A stretch of 64,000 nt of DNA from Dehalococcoidia bacterium (GTDB lineage Bacteria > Chloroflexota > Dehalococcoidia > Bin125). This document shows positions 18,908-27,182 of the stretch, piece by piece. Made by a program: the position numbers and the translations under genes. Where the stretch lies: positions 2,904,653-2,968,652 of the forward strand of contig OZ251457.1 of NCBI GenBank assembly GCA_965242565.1, in the 5' to 3' direction. Below the pieces are notes generated by a model, which worked only from the letters and a program-made list of their open reading frames with translations, was not told where the DNA came from and made no database searches. How positions within the stretch are numbered: the stretch's first letter is position 1; each line of letters starts with the position of its first letter.

Positions 18908-20071
18908 CTACAGCGCCGCGTAGAGCGCGTCGATCAACCCGTTCACACGCGGGTCGCCGCTCAGGTTGTTCTGCATCTGGTTCATCGTGTAGCCGAAGCC
19001 GATACCCGCATCCAGATCCGCGTAGCCCAGCGAGCCGCCCGCGCCCGGATGCCCGAACGCGCGCGGATTCGGCCCCAGCGGCATGAAATCCGCCGTCAGC
19101 ATCCAGCCCAGACCGAAGCGCGTCGCCAGTTGCAAACAGGCGTCGGGGCCGTGCGACTGCTCGACGATCGCATTCTCGATCGTCGCCGGCTCCAGCACGT
19201 GAATCCCGTCGATTGCCCCGCCGTTCGCCGCGCCGCCGTAGACTCGCGCCAGCGCGCGCGCCGTCGCGTGCCCGTTGGCCGCCGGAATTTCCGCGCCACG
19301 CCAGCCGCGGCTCGCTGTGATGTTCTCCTCGTCCGGCCCCGCGATCGGCGGATTGGAAAACGCCGCCGCCCCTACTGTGTCCGGCCCGCCGAACATCTCG
19401 ATCAGATCAGGCACGTTGGGATCCGGCGGCGCATCGAGCAGCGTCGAAATCCGCCCGTCGAACTCCGGCCCCGTGCCGATGTGCGCGTCCAGGCCCAGCG
19501 GCGCGGCGAACTCCTCGCGCCAGTACGTGCCCAGCGAGCGCCCGTCGATCCGCCGCACCACCTCGCCCACCAGCCAGCCGTAGGTCAGTGCGTGATAGCC
19601 GTGCTGCTCGCCCGGCGTCCACCACGGCTCCTGCTCCGCCAGCGCCTCGCACATTGTGCCCCAGTCGAACAGGTCCTCCATCGTCAGCGGACGCCGCACC
19701 GCGGCCATCCCGGCCTGATGGTTGAGCAGCATCCGCACCGGGATGTCCTCTTTGCCCGCTGCCGCGAACTCCGGCCAGTACTGCGCCACCGGCGCGTCCA
19801 CATCGAGCAGCCCCTGCTCCACCAGCCGATGCGCGCAGAACGCCGCCAGCCCCTTGGTCGTCGAGAACACGTTGACCAGCGTGTTGCGATCCCACGCCCG
19901 CTCCCGCTCCGGCGAATACCAGCCGCCCCACAGGTCCACCACCGGCTCGCCGTTGAGGTACACGGCGACGGCCGCGCCCACATCGCCGTGTTCGCCGAAG
20001 TTGCGCGCAAACGCCTCGCGCACCCCTTCAAACTGCGGCTCGGTCCAGCCAGCGATCGGTGCGTCTGTCAT
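18908..20071 (-). CDS. serine hydrolase, beta-lactamase/esterase (class C-like) family
   Basis: The SxxK motif FSTTKGLAAF lies near the N-terminus. Overall length and composition fit EstB/AmpC-like hydrolases. Confidence 0.8.
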   Translation of the reverse strand: MTDAPIAGWTEPQFEGVREAFARNFGEHGDVGAAVAVYLNGEPVVDLWGGWYSPERERAWDRNTLVNVFSTTKGLAAFCAHRLVEQGLLDVDAPVAQYWPEFAAAGKEDIPVRMLLNHQAGMAAVRRPLTMEDLFDWGTMCEALAEQEPWWTPGEQHGYHALTYGWLVGEVVRRIDGRSLGTYWREEFAAPLGLDAHIGTGPEFDGRISTLLDAPPDPNVPDLIEMFGGPDTVGAAAFSNPPIAGPDEENITASRGWRGAEIPAANGHATARALARVYGGAANGGAIDGIHVLEPATIENAIVEQSHGPDACLQLATRFGLGWMLTADFMPLGPNPRAFGHPGAGGSLGYADLDAGIGFGYTMNQMQNNLSGDPRVNGLIDALYAAL

Positions 20072-20137
20072 GGTCTTCCGCCTCTCATCCGACGCTTGTT
20101 TGCCACAGTCTAAGGCGAGCGACGTGAGGGCGTGCGT

Positions 20138-20881
20138 CTAGAGAAGGCGTGCCGCTTGTAGGGTGGGCGCCTGTAGGAGCGCGTCTTCAATGGCGCTCGC
20201 CAGCTCGTCGGCGGTTTTGACGCAGATCGTCAGCTCGTGGCGCCGCAGCCGGGCGACTGCCGGGCTGTCGGTGTCGGAGTGATCGCGGCGCAGCACCAGG
20301 ACGAGCGGCTGGGGCTGCTTGCGCCCGTCGCGGCTGGTGCGCAGCGCCTCGCGCGCCGCGGCGATCGTGCCGCCCGACTCGCGCGGCTCCACGACAACGA
20401 TCACCGCCGAGAGCGCGCAGATCAGCGCATTGCGGGCCATTGCGCGGTGGACGGACCAGCCTGCGCCCGGCGGGAACTGCGACACGACGGTCAATTTGTT
20501 GTCGAGCTCGGTGTCAAAGCCTCGGTACTCTTCTCGCAGTCGGAATCGCTCGATTCCTTCGGCGAGCACCGCGATGGTTGAGCCTCCCGCCGACAGGGCG
20601 GCGACATGGCCGGCCGTGTCCACGCCGCGGGCGTAGCCGCTGATCAGCGGCATGTCGAGATTTGCCGCCGTCGCTCCCGCCGCCTGCGCCATCGCAATCC
20701 CTTGCTCCGACGCATCGCGCGAGCCGCACAAGCCGACGCCGGCTGTTCGCAGCAGCTCCGCCCTGCCATGCAGATCGAGCGATGCTGCGCCCGTGCCGGA
20801 TTCGCCGAAGACGCGAAGCCACTCCGGCAGCTCGTCCGCGGTGAGATCGAACCTTTCGACATCGTGAATGGTCACGGTCAC
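20138..20881 (-). CDS. DprA/Smf-like Rossmann (SLOG superfamily) protein
   Basis: Translation shows the DprA-type motif series GSRDASEQG...SGYARGVDTAGHVAALSAGGSTIAVLAEGIE...NALICALSAVIVVVEPRESGGT. The start is called at the GTG whose GTGA overlaps the stop of the upstream PRTase gene (4-nt start/stop coupling). The ORF-track start at 20926 would instead give a 49-nt overlap. Confidence 0.75.
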   Translation of the reverse strand: MTVTIHDVERFDLTADELPEWLRVFGESGTGAASLDLHGRAELLRTAGVGLCGSRDASEQGIAMAQAAGATAANLDMPLISGYARGVDTAGHVAALSAGGSTIAVLAEGIERFRLREEYRGFDTELDNKLTVVSQFPPGAGWSVHRAMARNALICALSAVIVVVEPRESGGTIAAAREALRTSRDGRKQPQPLVLVLRRDHSDTDSPAVARLRRHELTICVKTADELASAIEDALLQAPTLQAARLL

Positions 20882-21732
20882 GCCTCCATCGGCCAGTTGT
20901 CGGTGCTGGCCGTGAGGCCGTGGCAACCCCTGGCCGCTTTCGTCGCCGTCAGCGACAGAACTTCTCGAGCTCCGGCGGAGCGCAGGGCCAGCGTCATCGC
21001 CCCAACCGTGGCGCCCGACTCGTAGATGTCGTCAATGACCAGGACGCTCTTGCCCGCCGCATCGCCGATCACATCATAGTGCCGCGCGAGGCTTTCAGCG
21101 GATGCCTTTTCCTTCTCCGCCAGACCCTTTTGAGGCACCGTGTTCGATGACCGGATCGTCGCGATCGTTTTAGAGGTGAGCGACGACAGGTGCTCTGCGA
21201 TCATCGCTGGAAGGTCATATGCCTTGTCCGGATTGGTCGACGGTGCGGGAACGATCAGATCGGCATCGCAATAGAGCGGCATCACCGTGATCCACTGGAG
21301 CATCTCGTCGGCGAGCCGTTTTGCGGCCTGCTGATCGCCGCAGTTCCGTTCCCGGTCGTAGGATTTCGCTCGGCGTACCAGCTTGCCGATATCGGAGCGC
21401 ACCCAGCCGCTCGTCTCCTCATCCTTCGCATCATGGATGCGCAGCGCATGCGACGCATCGGCGGAATCGTTGATGGTCACGCTCGTCTCGAGCAGATACA
21501 GAACGGTCTCGGCCTGGGCGTGCAGGCTGTTCGCGCTGTTCGCGCCGCAACGGGCCTCGCCCTGAATGCAGCCGTTCGGGAGCGTCGCGATCTCCCAGTC
21601 CGGCAAGAGCCGCTGCACGATGGGGCCAAAGTCGACGGCCGGCCTGGCGTTTCGAGGCGACGCAACCAGGAAACGCCGGCCGGAACCAACGGCTGCGAAG
21701 GACACGCGCTCCAGGCGACCGCAGACAGGCAT
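20878..21732 (-). CDS. phosphoribosyltransferase-domain protein (ComF/type I PRTase-like)
   Basis: PRPP-binding motif VLVIDDIYESGATV lies near the C-terminus. Start is called at the internal ATG (MPVCGRLERV...); the ORF-track 5' extension is unsupported. The gene is directly coupled to the downstream DprA-like gene. Confidence 0.7.
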   Translation of the reverse strand: MPVCGRLERVSFAAVGSGRRFLVASPRNARPAVDFGPIVQRLLPDWEIATLPNGCIQGEARCGANSANSLHAQAETVLYLLETSVTINDSADASHALRIHDAKDEETSGWVRSDIGKLVRRAKSYDRERNCGDQQAAKRLADEMLQWITVMPLYCDADLIVPAPSTNPDKAYDLPAMIAEHLSSLTSKTIATIRSSNTVPQKGLAEKEKASAESLARHYDVIGDAAGKSVLVIDDIYESGATVGAMTLALRSAGAREVLSLTATKAARGCHGLTASTDNWPMEA

Positions 21733-21986
21733 GGCATGCTCTCCTTCCACCGCTCCGCTGTCGGCCCGCATGATAGTACACAAGTTCGGTTGCTGTACAG
21801 CCGTCGCCGCTCGCCAGCGCCTCTCTCCCAACTCGTCATAAACGTCGGTGCAGCCCGCGCGGGAGCGACGGCCATCCTGTCGCGTGCTCGTGCGGTTAGC
21901 CTTGGGGCATCGCACAGGCGCAGTTGACACGCAGTTGGCATGCAGTTGACAAGGGCGTGCTGCGCACGACTGGAGAGGAGTTCGAG

Positions 21987-22934
21987 ATGCAAGAGGTTCC
22001 GAGCGAAGCGCAGGTCATCGACTGGATGGACGAACTCTCCAACTGGGGCCGCTGGGGCGACGACGACCAGCTCGGCACGCTCAACCTCGTCACCCCCGAG
22101 GTGCGCCGCGCCGCCGCCGCGCTCGTCTCCGAGGGCGTGCCCGTCTCCTGCGCCTGGGATATCGAGAACACCCACCAGCCCGACCACGCCATGGGCACCC
22201 CGCAGCGCTTCATGGTCGCCACCGGCGAGAGCGCCGCCGCCCAGGCCGAACGCGGCGCGCGCATGGGCGGCTGCCTCGAATTCTTCGGCCTCGTCTACCA
22301 CGGCTACGCCATCACCCACCTCGACGGCCTCTGCCACATCTTCTGGGACGGCAAGATGTACAACGGCCGCCCCGCGCACCTGGTCAACGCCGCCGGCGGC
22401 GCGACCAACCTGCCGATCACCGAACTGCGCGACGGCGTCGTCACCCGCGGCGTCATGCTCGACATCGCCGCGCTCAAGGGCGTCGACTGGCTGGAGCCGG
22501 GCGAAGGCGTCTTCCCCGAAGACCTGGAGGCCGCCGAGCAGCGCCAGGGCGTGCGCGTGCAATCCGGCGACGCCGTGCTGCTGCGCACCGGCTACGGACG
22601 CCGCAAGCGCGAGGTGGGCCGCGAGCCGCTGCTCGAAACCGGCTTCCCCGGCTGGCATGTCGCCTGCGCGCCCTGGCTGCGCGAGCGCGGCGTCTCCGTA
22701 ATCGGCGCCGACACCGCGACCGACGTCAACCCCTCCGGCTACAACGAGCTGCGCATCCCGCTCCACGCCGTCGGCATCGTCGCCATGGGCCTCTGGCTGA
22801 TCGACAACATGCAGCTCGAGGACCTGGCCGCCGCCTGCAACCGCTACAACCGCCACGAATTCCAGTTCGTGCTTAGCCCGCTCCGCATCATCGGCGGCAC
22901 CGGCAGCCCCGCCAACCCCCTCGCCATCTTCTGA
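21987..22934 (+). CDS. putative cyclase / kynurenine-formamidase-like family protein
   Basis: ATG at 21987 is preceded by ggagaggag. The translation resembles cyclase-family proteins. Confidence 0.7.
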   Translation: MQEVPSEAQVIDWMDELSNWGRWGDDDQLGTLNLVTPEVRRAAAALVSEGVPVSCAWDIENTHQPDHAMGTPQRFMVATGESAAAQAERGARMGGCLEFFGLVYHGYAITHLDGLCHIFWDGKMYNGRPAHLVNAAGGATNLPITELRDGVVTRGVMLDIAALKGVDWLEPGEGVFPEDLEAAEQRQGVRVQSGDAVLLRTGYGRRKREVGREPLLETGFPGWHVACAPWLRERGVSVIGADTATDVNPSGYNELRIPLHAVGIVAMGLWLIDNMQLEDLAAACNRYNRHEFQFVLSPLRIIGGTGSPANPLAIF

Positions 22935-22937
22935 GCC

Positions 22938-23106
22938 TCCCACTCCGTCATACCCGCCCCTACTCCTCCGTCATACCCGCGCTTGCCGCGGGTATCTCGA
23001 CGCCAACGCGCCAAACGCAACGCAACACTTCCCGTCATTCCCGCCCACAAATTCCGTCATTCCAGCGCACGCTGAGCCTGCCCCCGGCTCGAACGGGGGA
23101 ATCCAT
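22938..23106. repeat. member of a dispersed intergenic palindromic repeat family (CCGTCAYWCCCGC sub-repeats around a hairpin ACCCGCG-CTTGC-CGCGGGT)
   Basis: The motif block ccgtcatacccgcgcttgccgcgggtatctcg plus ccgtcattcccgc copies recurs at 24995, 29801, 33926, 44370 and 47580. Confidence 0.8.
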
Positions 23107-23521
23107 ACGGCGGTCGTTGGCCCAACAAAGTACCGAGCTGCCCCGCGAACGGGCGTCGGCGAGCCGCTCGGACCCTCGGCACTGCGAACAGGCTTGGGTT
23201 TGGGTTCCCGCTTTCGCGGGAACGACGGAGGGGTCAACCACCACAATCGCGGCCAAGCGCAGTGTGGCGGCCTGCGACGCGCAGCTGCGCTCGTAGGCGG
23301 CATTGTAACTCGCGGCCAGCTCCGCGAGCTCCTGCATTGCGGTTAACAGCCGCATCCGCGCCCACTCACTCCGGTGGGCCGAGACCTGGGTCGTGCTCAG
23401 CGGGTGCTCTCGGGCCGTTTCGGAGTTGAGAGAGCTTCCGCGGGATACGGAGGTGTGGTCTTTGTGCTGTGACGTTTCTCCTGCGCGGGCACTACAACGA
23501 GCAGGGCCGGTCCGGTCGGTG

Positions 23522-24853
23522 CTAGGGGGTAGGGGCTTCCGTTTGACCCTCGTGATTGCGTCCCCAGCACGCAATTTCCCCGTTGTGCGTAACCCCGCAG
23601 GTGTGATGGTCTCCAGCGCTAACAGCTGTCCACCGACCATCCGGAACCTCGGTTTGCCCATAGTCGTTGGCTCCCCAACACACGATCTCGCCAGTAGTGC
23701 GTAGACCGCACTTGTGGGCAGGGCCCAAACCTACACCAGCACTGACAGTAGTGAAGCTCCCAGCAGGAGTGCCGGTTTGCAAGATGTCCGCAGCCACCCA
23801 GCACACGAGCTCACCAGTGCCACGCACTGCACAATCGCCGCCGCCGGTACCGATCGCGGTGAAGGTCCCTATCCGCGTCCTGTTGCCTGCCCGTCCCCAA
23901 CACTCGATCTCTCCCGTTGTGCGCAGGCCGCAGGTGTCCGCCCACCCTGCACTGATTGCGGTGAAACTGCCCACTGGCGTGTCGACTTGTCCGAAGTCGG
24001 CATTGGCTCCTGCCCATCCGCCTCCCCAACACTCAATTCCGCCTGTCGCATGCAGACCGCAGGTGTGTGTATAGCCGCTCGTGACGGCCGTGAAAACACT
24101 CCCTGCTGGCGGGTTACTTTGCCCGAAGATATTGCCGCCCCAGCACACGATCCTGCCCGTATCGCGCACTCCGCAGGTGTGGAGTTGACTGGCACTGACG
24201 GCAGTGAAGATCCCGGTGGGGGCATTTGCTTGGCCCCAGTCAACGGTGAGCTCGTCTTCGATCGTGGTGTCCGTATTAGCACCCCAGCACGTGACCTCGC
24301 CTGTTCTGCGAAGGCCACAAGTGTGCCAGCGCCCAGCACTGACCGCTATGAAGCGCTGAGGCTGCGCTACGATCGTGATCTCCGTGCTGCGCAACCAGCG
24401 GCCTACGCGGGCGCCAACTGGGAAGTAGCGCGACGGCGGGGCGATGCGCTCGCCATCTGTCGGCGTGAATGCGAATTCGATCCGGCCGTCGTCCCTCAGT
24501 CGCGCGTTGATCCGGCCAATCTCCACGCCGTCTACCTCTACCGGGCTGCTGTTCAGCCAACGGTCTACCTCTGCGTCGGCGGGGAAGTAGCGGGCGCGCG
24601 GCAAGACTCGCTCTCCGCCGGCGGGCTGCCAGCCGAACTCCGTTCGGCCGTCGTCGAGTCGCTGCGCGACGATGCGGCCTGTCTGCTCGTCGTCGCTCTG
24701 CGCGTGCGCGATCCCTGCCGCCCAAGCCGCCGTCAATGCCAGCAGCGCCGCCAATCCCAGCAGCAGCGCTTTAGTTGAGGGTTTTACCCCCCCCCCCCCC
24801 GAGATCCGTCCAAACGCGCAGACGCATGACCAGTTTCCCCTCCTGCCGGCCAC
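23522..24853 (-). CDS. secreted RCC1-repeat (beta-propeller) protein with two N-terminal ~50-aa modules
   Basis: Repeated HTCG(L/V)...GxxxCWG blocks (~8 copies). A signal-peptide-like KPSTKALLLGLAALLALTAAWAAGIAHA is present. The annotated start is GTG at 24853; see the homopolymer finding. Confidence 0.8.
   Translation of the reverse strand: MAGRRGNWSCVCAFGRISGGGGVKPSTKALLLGLAALLALTAAWAAGIAHAQSDDEQTGRIVAQRLDDGRTEFGWQPAGGERVLPRARYFPADAEVDRWLNSSPVEVDGVEIGRINARLRDDGRIEFAFTPTDGERIAPPSRYFPVGARVGRWLRSTEITIVAQPQRFIAVSAGRWHTCGLRRTGEVTCWGANTDTTIEDELTVDWGQANAPTGIFTAVSASQLHTCGVRDTGRIVCWGGNIFGQSNPPAGSVFTAVTSGYTHTCGLHATGGIECWGGGWAGANADFGQVDTPVGSFTAISAGWADTCGLRTTGEIECWGRAGNRTRIGTFTAIGTGGGDCAVRGTGELVCWVAADILQTGTPAGSFTTVSAGVGLGPAHKCGLRTTGEIVCWGANDYGQTEVPDGRWTAVSAGDHHTCGVTHNGEIACWGRNHEGQTEAPTP
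24787..24800. repeat. C14 (G14 on the coding strand) homopolymeric tract inside the 5' end of the RCC1 gene
   Basis: Plus strand reads ttttaCCCCCCCCCCCCCCgagat. On the coding strand it encodes SGGGGV immediately before the signal peptide. Confidence 0.9.
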
Positions 24854-24994
24854 TCGGTCCGGCGCATGAGCGACAGGCTACGCACGCCCGAACCGTTCGG
24901 TCAAACGACTGGAGGATGTGCGCTGCCACGCCGGCTGAAGCGACGGGAGAGTGGTTGGCGCGGGATGGGGTACGGCGTTGGGTGCTGCTCGCGT

Positions 24995-25107
24995 CGAGAT
25001 ACCCGCGGCAAGCGCGGGTATGACGGAGAGGGGGGCGGACATGACGGAGAGAAGGGGTGGGGGTGGCGGAGAGGCAGGGGGCGGGAATGGCGGGGTGCGA
25101 GCGCGCT
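24995..25107. repeat. dispersed palindromic repeat family member (reverse orientation)
   Basis: Contains gagatacccgcggcaagcgcgggtatgacgg plus the gggaatgg/gacggag sub-repeats. It ends in gcgcgctctag, as does the copy at 29801. Confidence 0.75.
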
Positions 25108-26148
25108 CTAGGCATTTGGCGTCAGATGCACCTTCACCGACAGGCTGCTCTTGTCCAGCGCCGTATCGAACGCCTCGTTCACGGCGTCCAGGCCGAAGCG
25201 GTGCGTGATTAGCGAGCGAGCCTCCTCGCGGCAGCCCGTCAGCATCTCCAGCGCCTTCTGATAGTCGGGTACCCGCCCGCCCGGCGCGGCGTAGGTCACC
25301 GCGCCGACCATCGTGATCTCCCGCCCCAACAGCGTCAGCGGATTCAGCCCCGCGTTGTCGATCGCGAACACGCCCAGAATCACCACCCGCCCCAGCCGCC
25401 GCACTGCGTCGACCGAGGTGCGAATCGTGTCCGCGTGGCCGCCCACGCACTCCGCGACCACATCGATCGCGTCGTCCGCGGCCAGCTCCGCCAGCCGCTG
25501 CTTGCCCGCCTCGTCGTCGCCGATGATCTCCGCGGCGCCCAGCCGCCGCGCCGCCTCCTGCTGATGCGGATAGCGCGCCAGCATGAGCACCCGCGCGCCG
25601 TAGGCCTGCGCCGCCAGCTGCGCCGTCAGCCCGATGCTGCCTCCGCCGATCACCAGCACCGTCTCCCCGTCGCCGAGGTTGATCTCCTCGAAACCATGCA
25701 CCGAGCAGGCCAGCGGCTCCGCGATCGCGGCCAGCTCGCCGTCCACGCCCGGCGGCGCGGCAAACACCGCCTCGCGCGGCGCGAACACCTGCTGCGCCAT
25801 CCCGCCGTCCACCGCGATCCCGATCAGCCCGCCCGCCACTTGACACTGGTTGTAGCGCCCCGCGACGCAATGCCCGCAGTTGCCGCAGCGCAGCAGCGGC
25901 TCCACGCCCACCACATCGCCCTCGCTCAGCCCCGCAACGCCCGCGCCGACCGCCGCGACCACGCCGCCGATCTCGTGCCCCGGTGTGCGCGACGCCTGCG
26001 GCGGGAAATCGCCGCGGTACCAGTGCAGGTCCGAGCCGCAGATGCCGGCGTTCACCACCTCCACCAGCACCTCGCCCTCGCCGGGCGCGCGATCTCCCTC
26101 GTCCAGCACGCTCAGCGTTCGGTCCGCATTCCAGGCCGCTCGACGCAT
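25108..26148 (-). CDS. zinc-dependent alcohol dehydrogenase (MDR family)
   Basis: GHEIGGVV and structural-zinc CGNCGHC motifs, followed by the Rossmann VLVIGGGSIGL. Confidence 0.85.
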   Translation of the reverse strand: MRRAAWNADRTLSVLDEGDRAPGEGEVLVEVVNAGICGSDLHWYRGDFPPQASRTPGHEIGGVVAAVGAGVAGLSEGDVVGVEPLLRCGNCGHCVAGRYNQCQVAGGLIGIAVDGGMAQQVFAPREAVFAAPPGVDGELAAIAEPLACSVHGFEEINLGDGETVLVIGGGSIGLTAQLAAQAYGARVLMLARYPHQQEAARRLGAAEIIGDDEAGKQRLAELAADDAIDVVAECVGGHADTIRTSVDAVRRLGRVVILGVFAIDNAGLNPLTLLGREITMVGAVTYAAPGGRVPDYQKALEMLTGCREEARSLITHRFGLDAVNEAFDTALDKSSLSVKVHLTPNA

Positions 26149-26230
26149 CGCTCACCCTCCCTCGCTCAGACTGGCGCGGCGCAAGGCTAGCACCTGCGCC
26201 GCCCGCCTGACTCACTTGTAGTCTGGCTGC

Positions 26231-27157
26231 ATGCTCGCCGCCTCGCGTCCGATCCTGCTCGCCGCGCCGCTCGTCGCGCTGCTGCTGATCATCGTGCTCT
26301 TCTTCGGCATCCCCGACGATCCCGACGCGCGCAAAGTCGCCGCGCGCATGAGCGACACCCACATCGTCCATCTGATCGGCGACGCCGAGCGCCCGGCGGT
26401 GCTCGCGCTGCCCCCGACCTTCGACGCCGAGCGCCCCTATCTGTTACTGATTGGCCTGCACGCATACGACAGCAACGCTTGGGACTACGACCAGTACCTG
26501 CGGCTCTCCGCGCTGACCGGCAGCGAACACCTGGCACTGCTGCTCCCCCACGGCCTGGAGGACGCCGACGGTTCGCGCTTCTGGAACGCGACGCCTTGGT
26601 GCTGCGCGCCGGAGGGCGGCGGCGTAGACGACACGGCGTACATCGCGTCGCTGCTTGAGGATGCCGCCGAGCTCATGCGGATCGAGCAGGTCGTCGCCGT
26701 CGGCTATTCCAACGGCGGCTTCATGGCCCACCGGCTCGCCTGCGACGGCTTGGACGGGCTGACCGCCGTCGTCAGTCTGGCGGGCTCGTCGTTCGCCGAT
26801 GAGGAGCGCTGCGCCGACGCCGCGCCCATCTCCGTCCTCCAGATCCACGGCGACGCCGACGATGAAGTGCTCTACGCCGGCGAGCTGGGGGTCGGCTACC
26901 CGGGCGCGCTCGCCGTCGCCCACCGCTGGGCGCGCCGCGCCGGATGCGACATCGGGCCGCCCGCCAACGTGCCCCGGCTGGACCTTGACCCCGGCATCGA
27001 CGGCGCGGAGACCGCCGTCCAGCGCTGGTCCGACGGCTGCGCGGACGATGTGGTCGTCGAGTTGTGGACCATCCACGGCGGCGGCCACGAACCGGACATC
27101 GAAGAGACGCTCGCAGCTCAAATCGTGGCTTGGCTGCGCGAGGTGTCGCCGCGCTGA
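26231..27157 (+). CDS. secreted alpha/beta hydrolase, PHB-depolymerase/esterase (LpqC-like) family, single domain
   Basis: N-terminal TM/signal segment. Nucleophile elbow GYSNGGFM and conserved RFWNATPWCC. Confidence 0.75.
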   Translation: MLAASRPILLAAPLVALLLIIVLFFGIPDDPDARKVAARMSDTHIVHLIGDAERPAVLALPPTFDAERPYLLLIGLHAYDSNAWDYDQYLRLSALTGSEHLALLLPHGLEDADGSRFWNATPWCCAPEGGGVDDTAYIASLLEDAAELMRIEQVVAVGYSNGGFMAHRLACDGLDGLTAVVSLAGSSFADEERCADAAPISVLQIHGDADDEVLYAGELGVGYPGALAVAHRWARRAGCDIGPPANVPRLDLDPGIDGAETAVQRWSDGCADDVVVELWTIHGGGHEPDIEETLAAQIVAWLREVSPR

Positions 27158-27182
27158 GCGGCGGCGCGTGTACGCTCAGTCC

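Noticed and set aside
20138-21732. Natural-competence operon (comF-dprA)
   Set aside because: No other competence genes are adjacent and the two genes are tightly coupled as an isolated pair. Kept only as an alternative in the finding.
21477-22943. 488-aa minus-strand ORF antisense to the cyclase gene
   Set aside because: Gly/Ala/Asp low-complexity translation with no domain. The plus-strand cyclase-family ORF has the recognisable domain and an RBS.
23203-23223. Hairpin ggttcccgc-tttc-gcgggaacc as a rho-independent terminator
   Set aside because: Strong GC stem but no downstream T-tract. In a high-GC genome this more likely belongs to the repeat family. Not called as a terminator.
23230-23350. 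Small minus-strand ORF fragment (…MRLLTAMQELAELAASYNAAYERSCASQAATLRLAAIVVVDP) between the cyclase and RCC1 genes
   Set aside because: Part of the spurious 23035..23661 ORF running through repeat sequence. No RBS or domain support.
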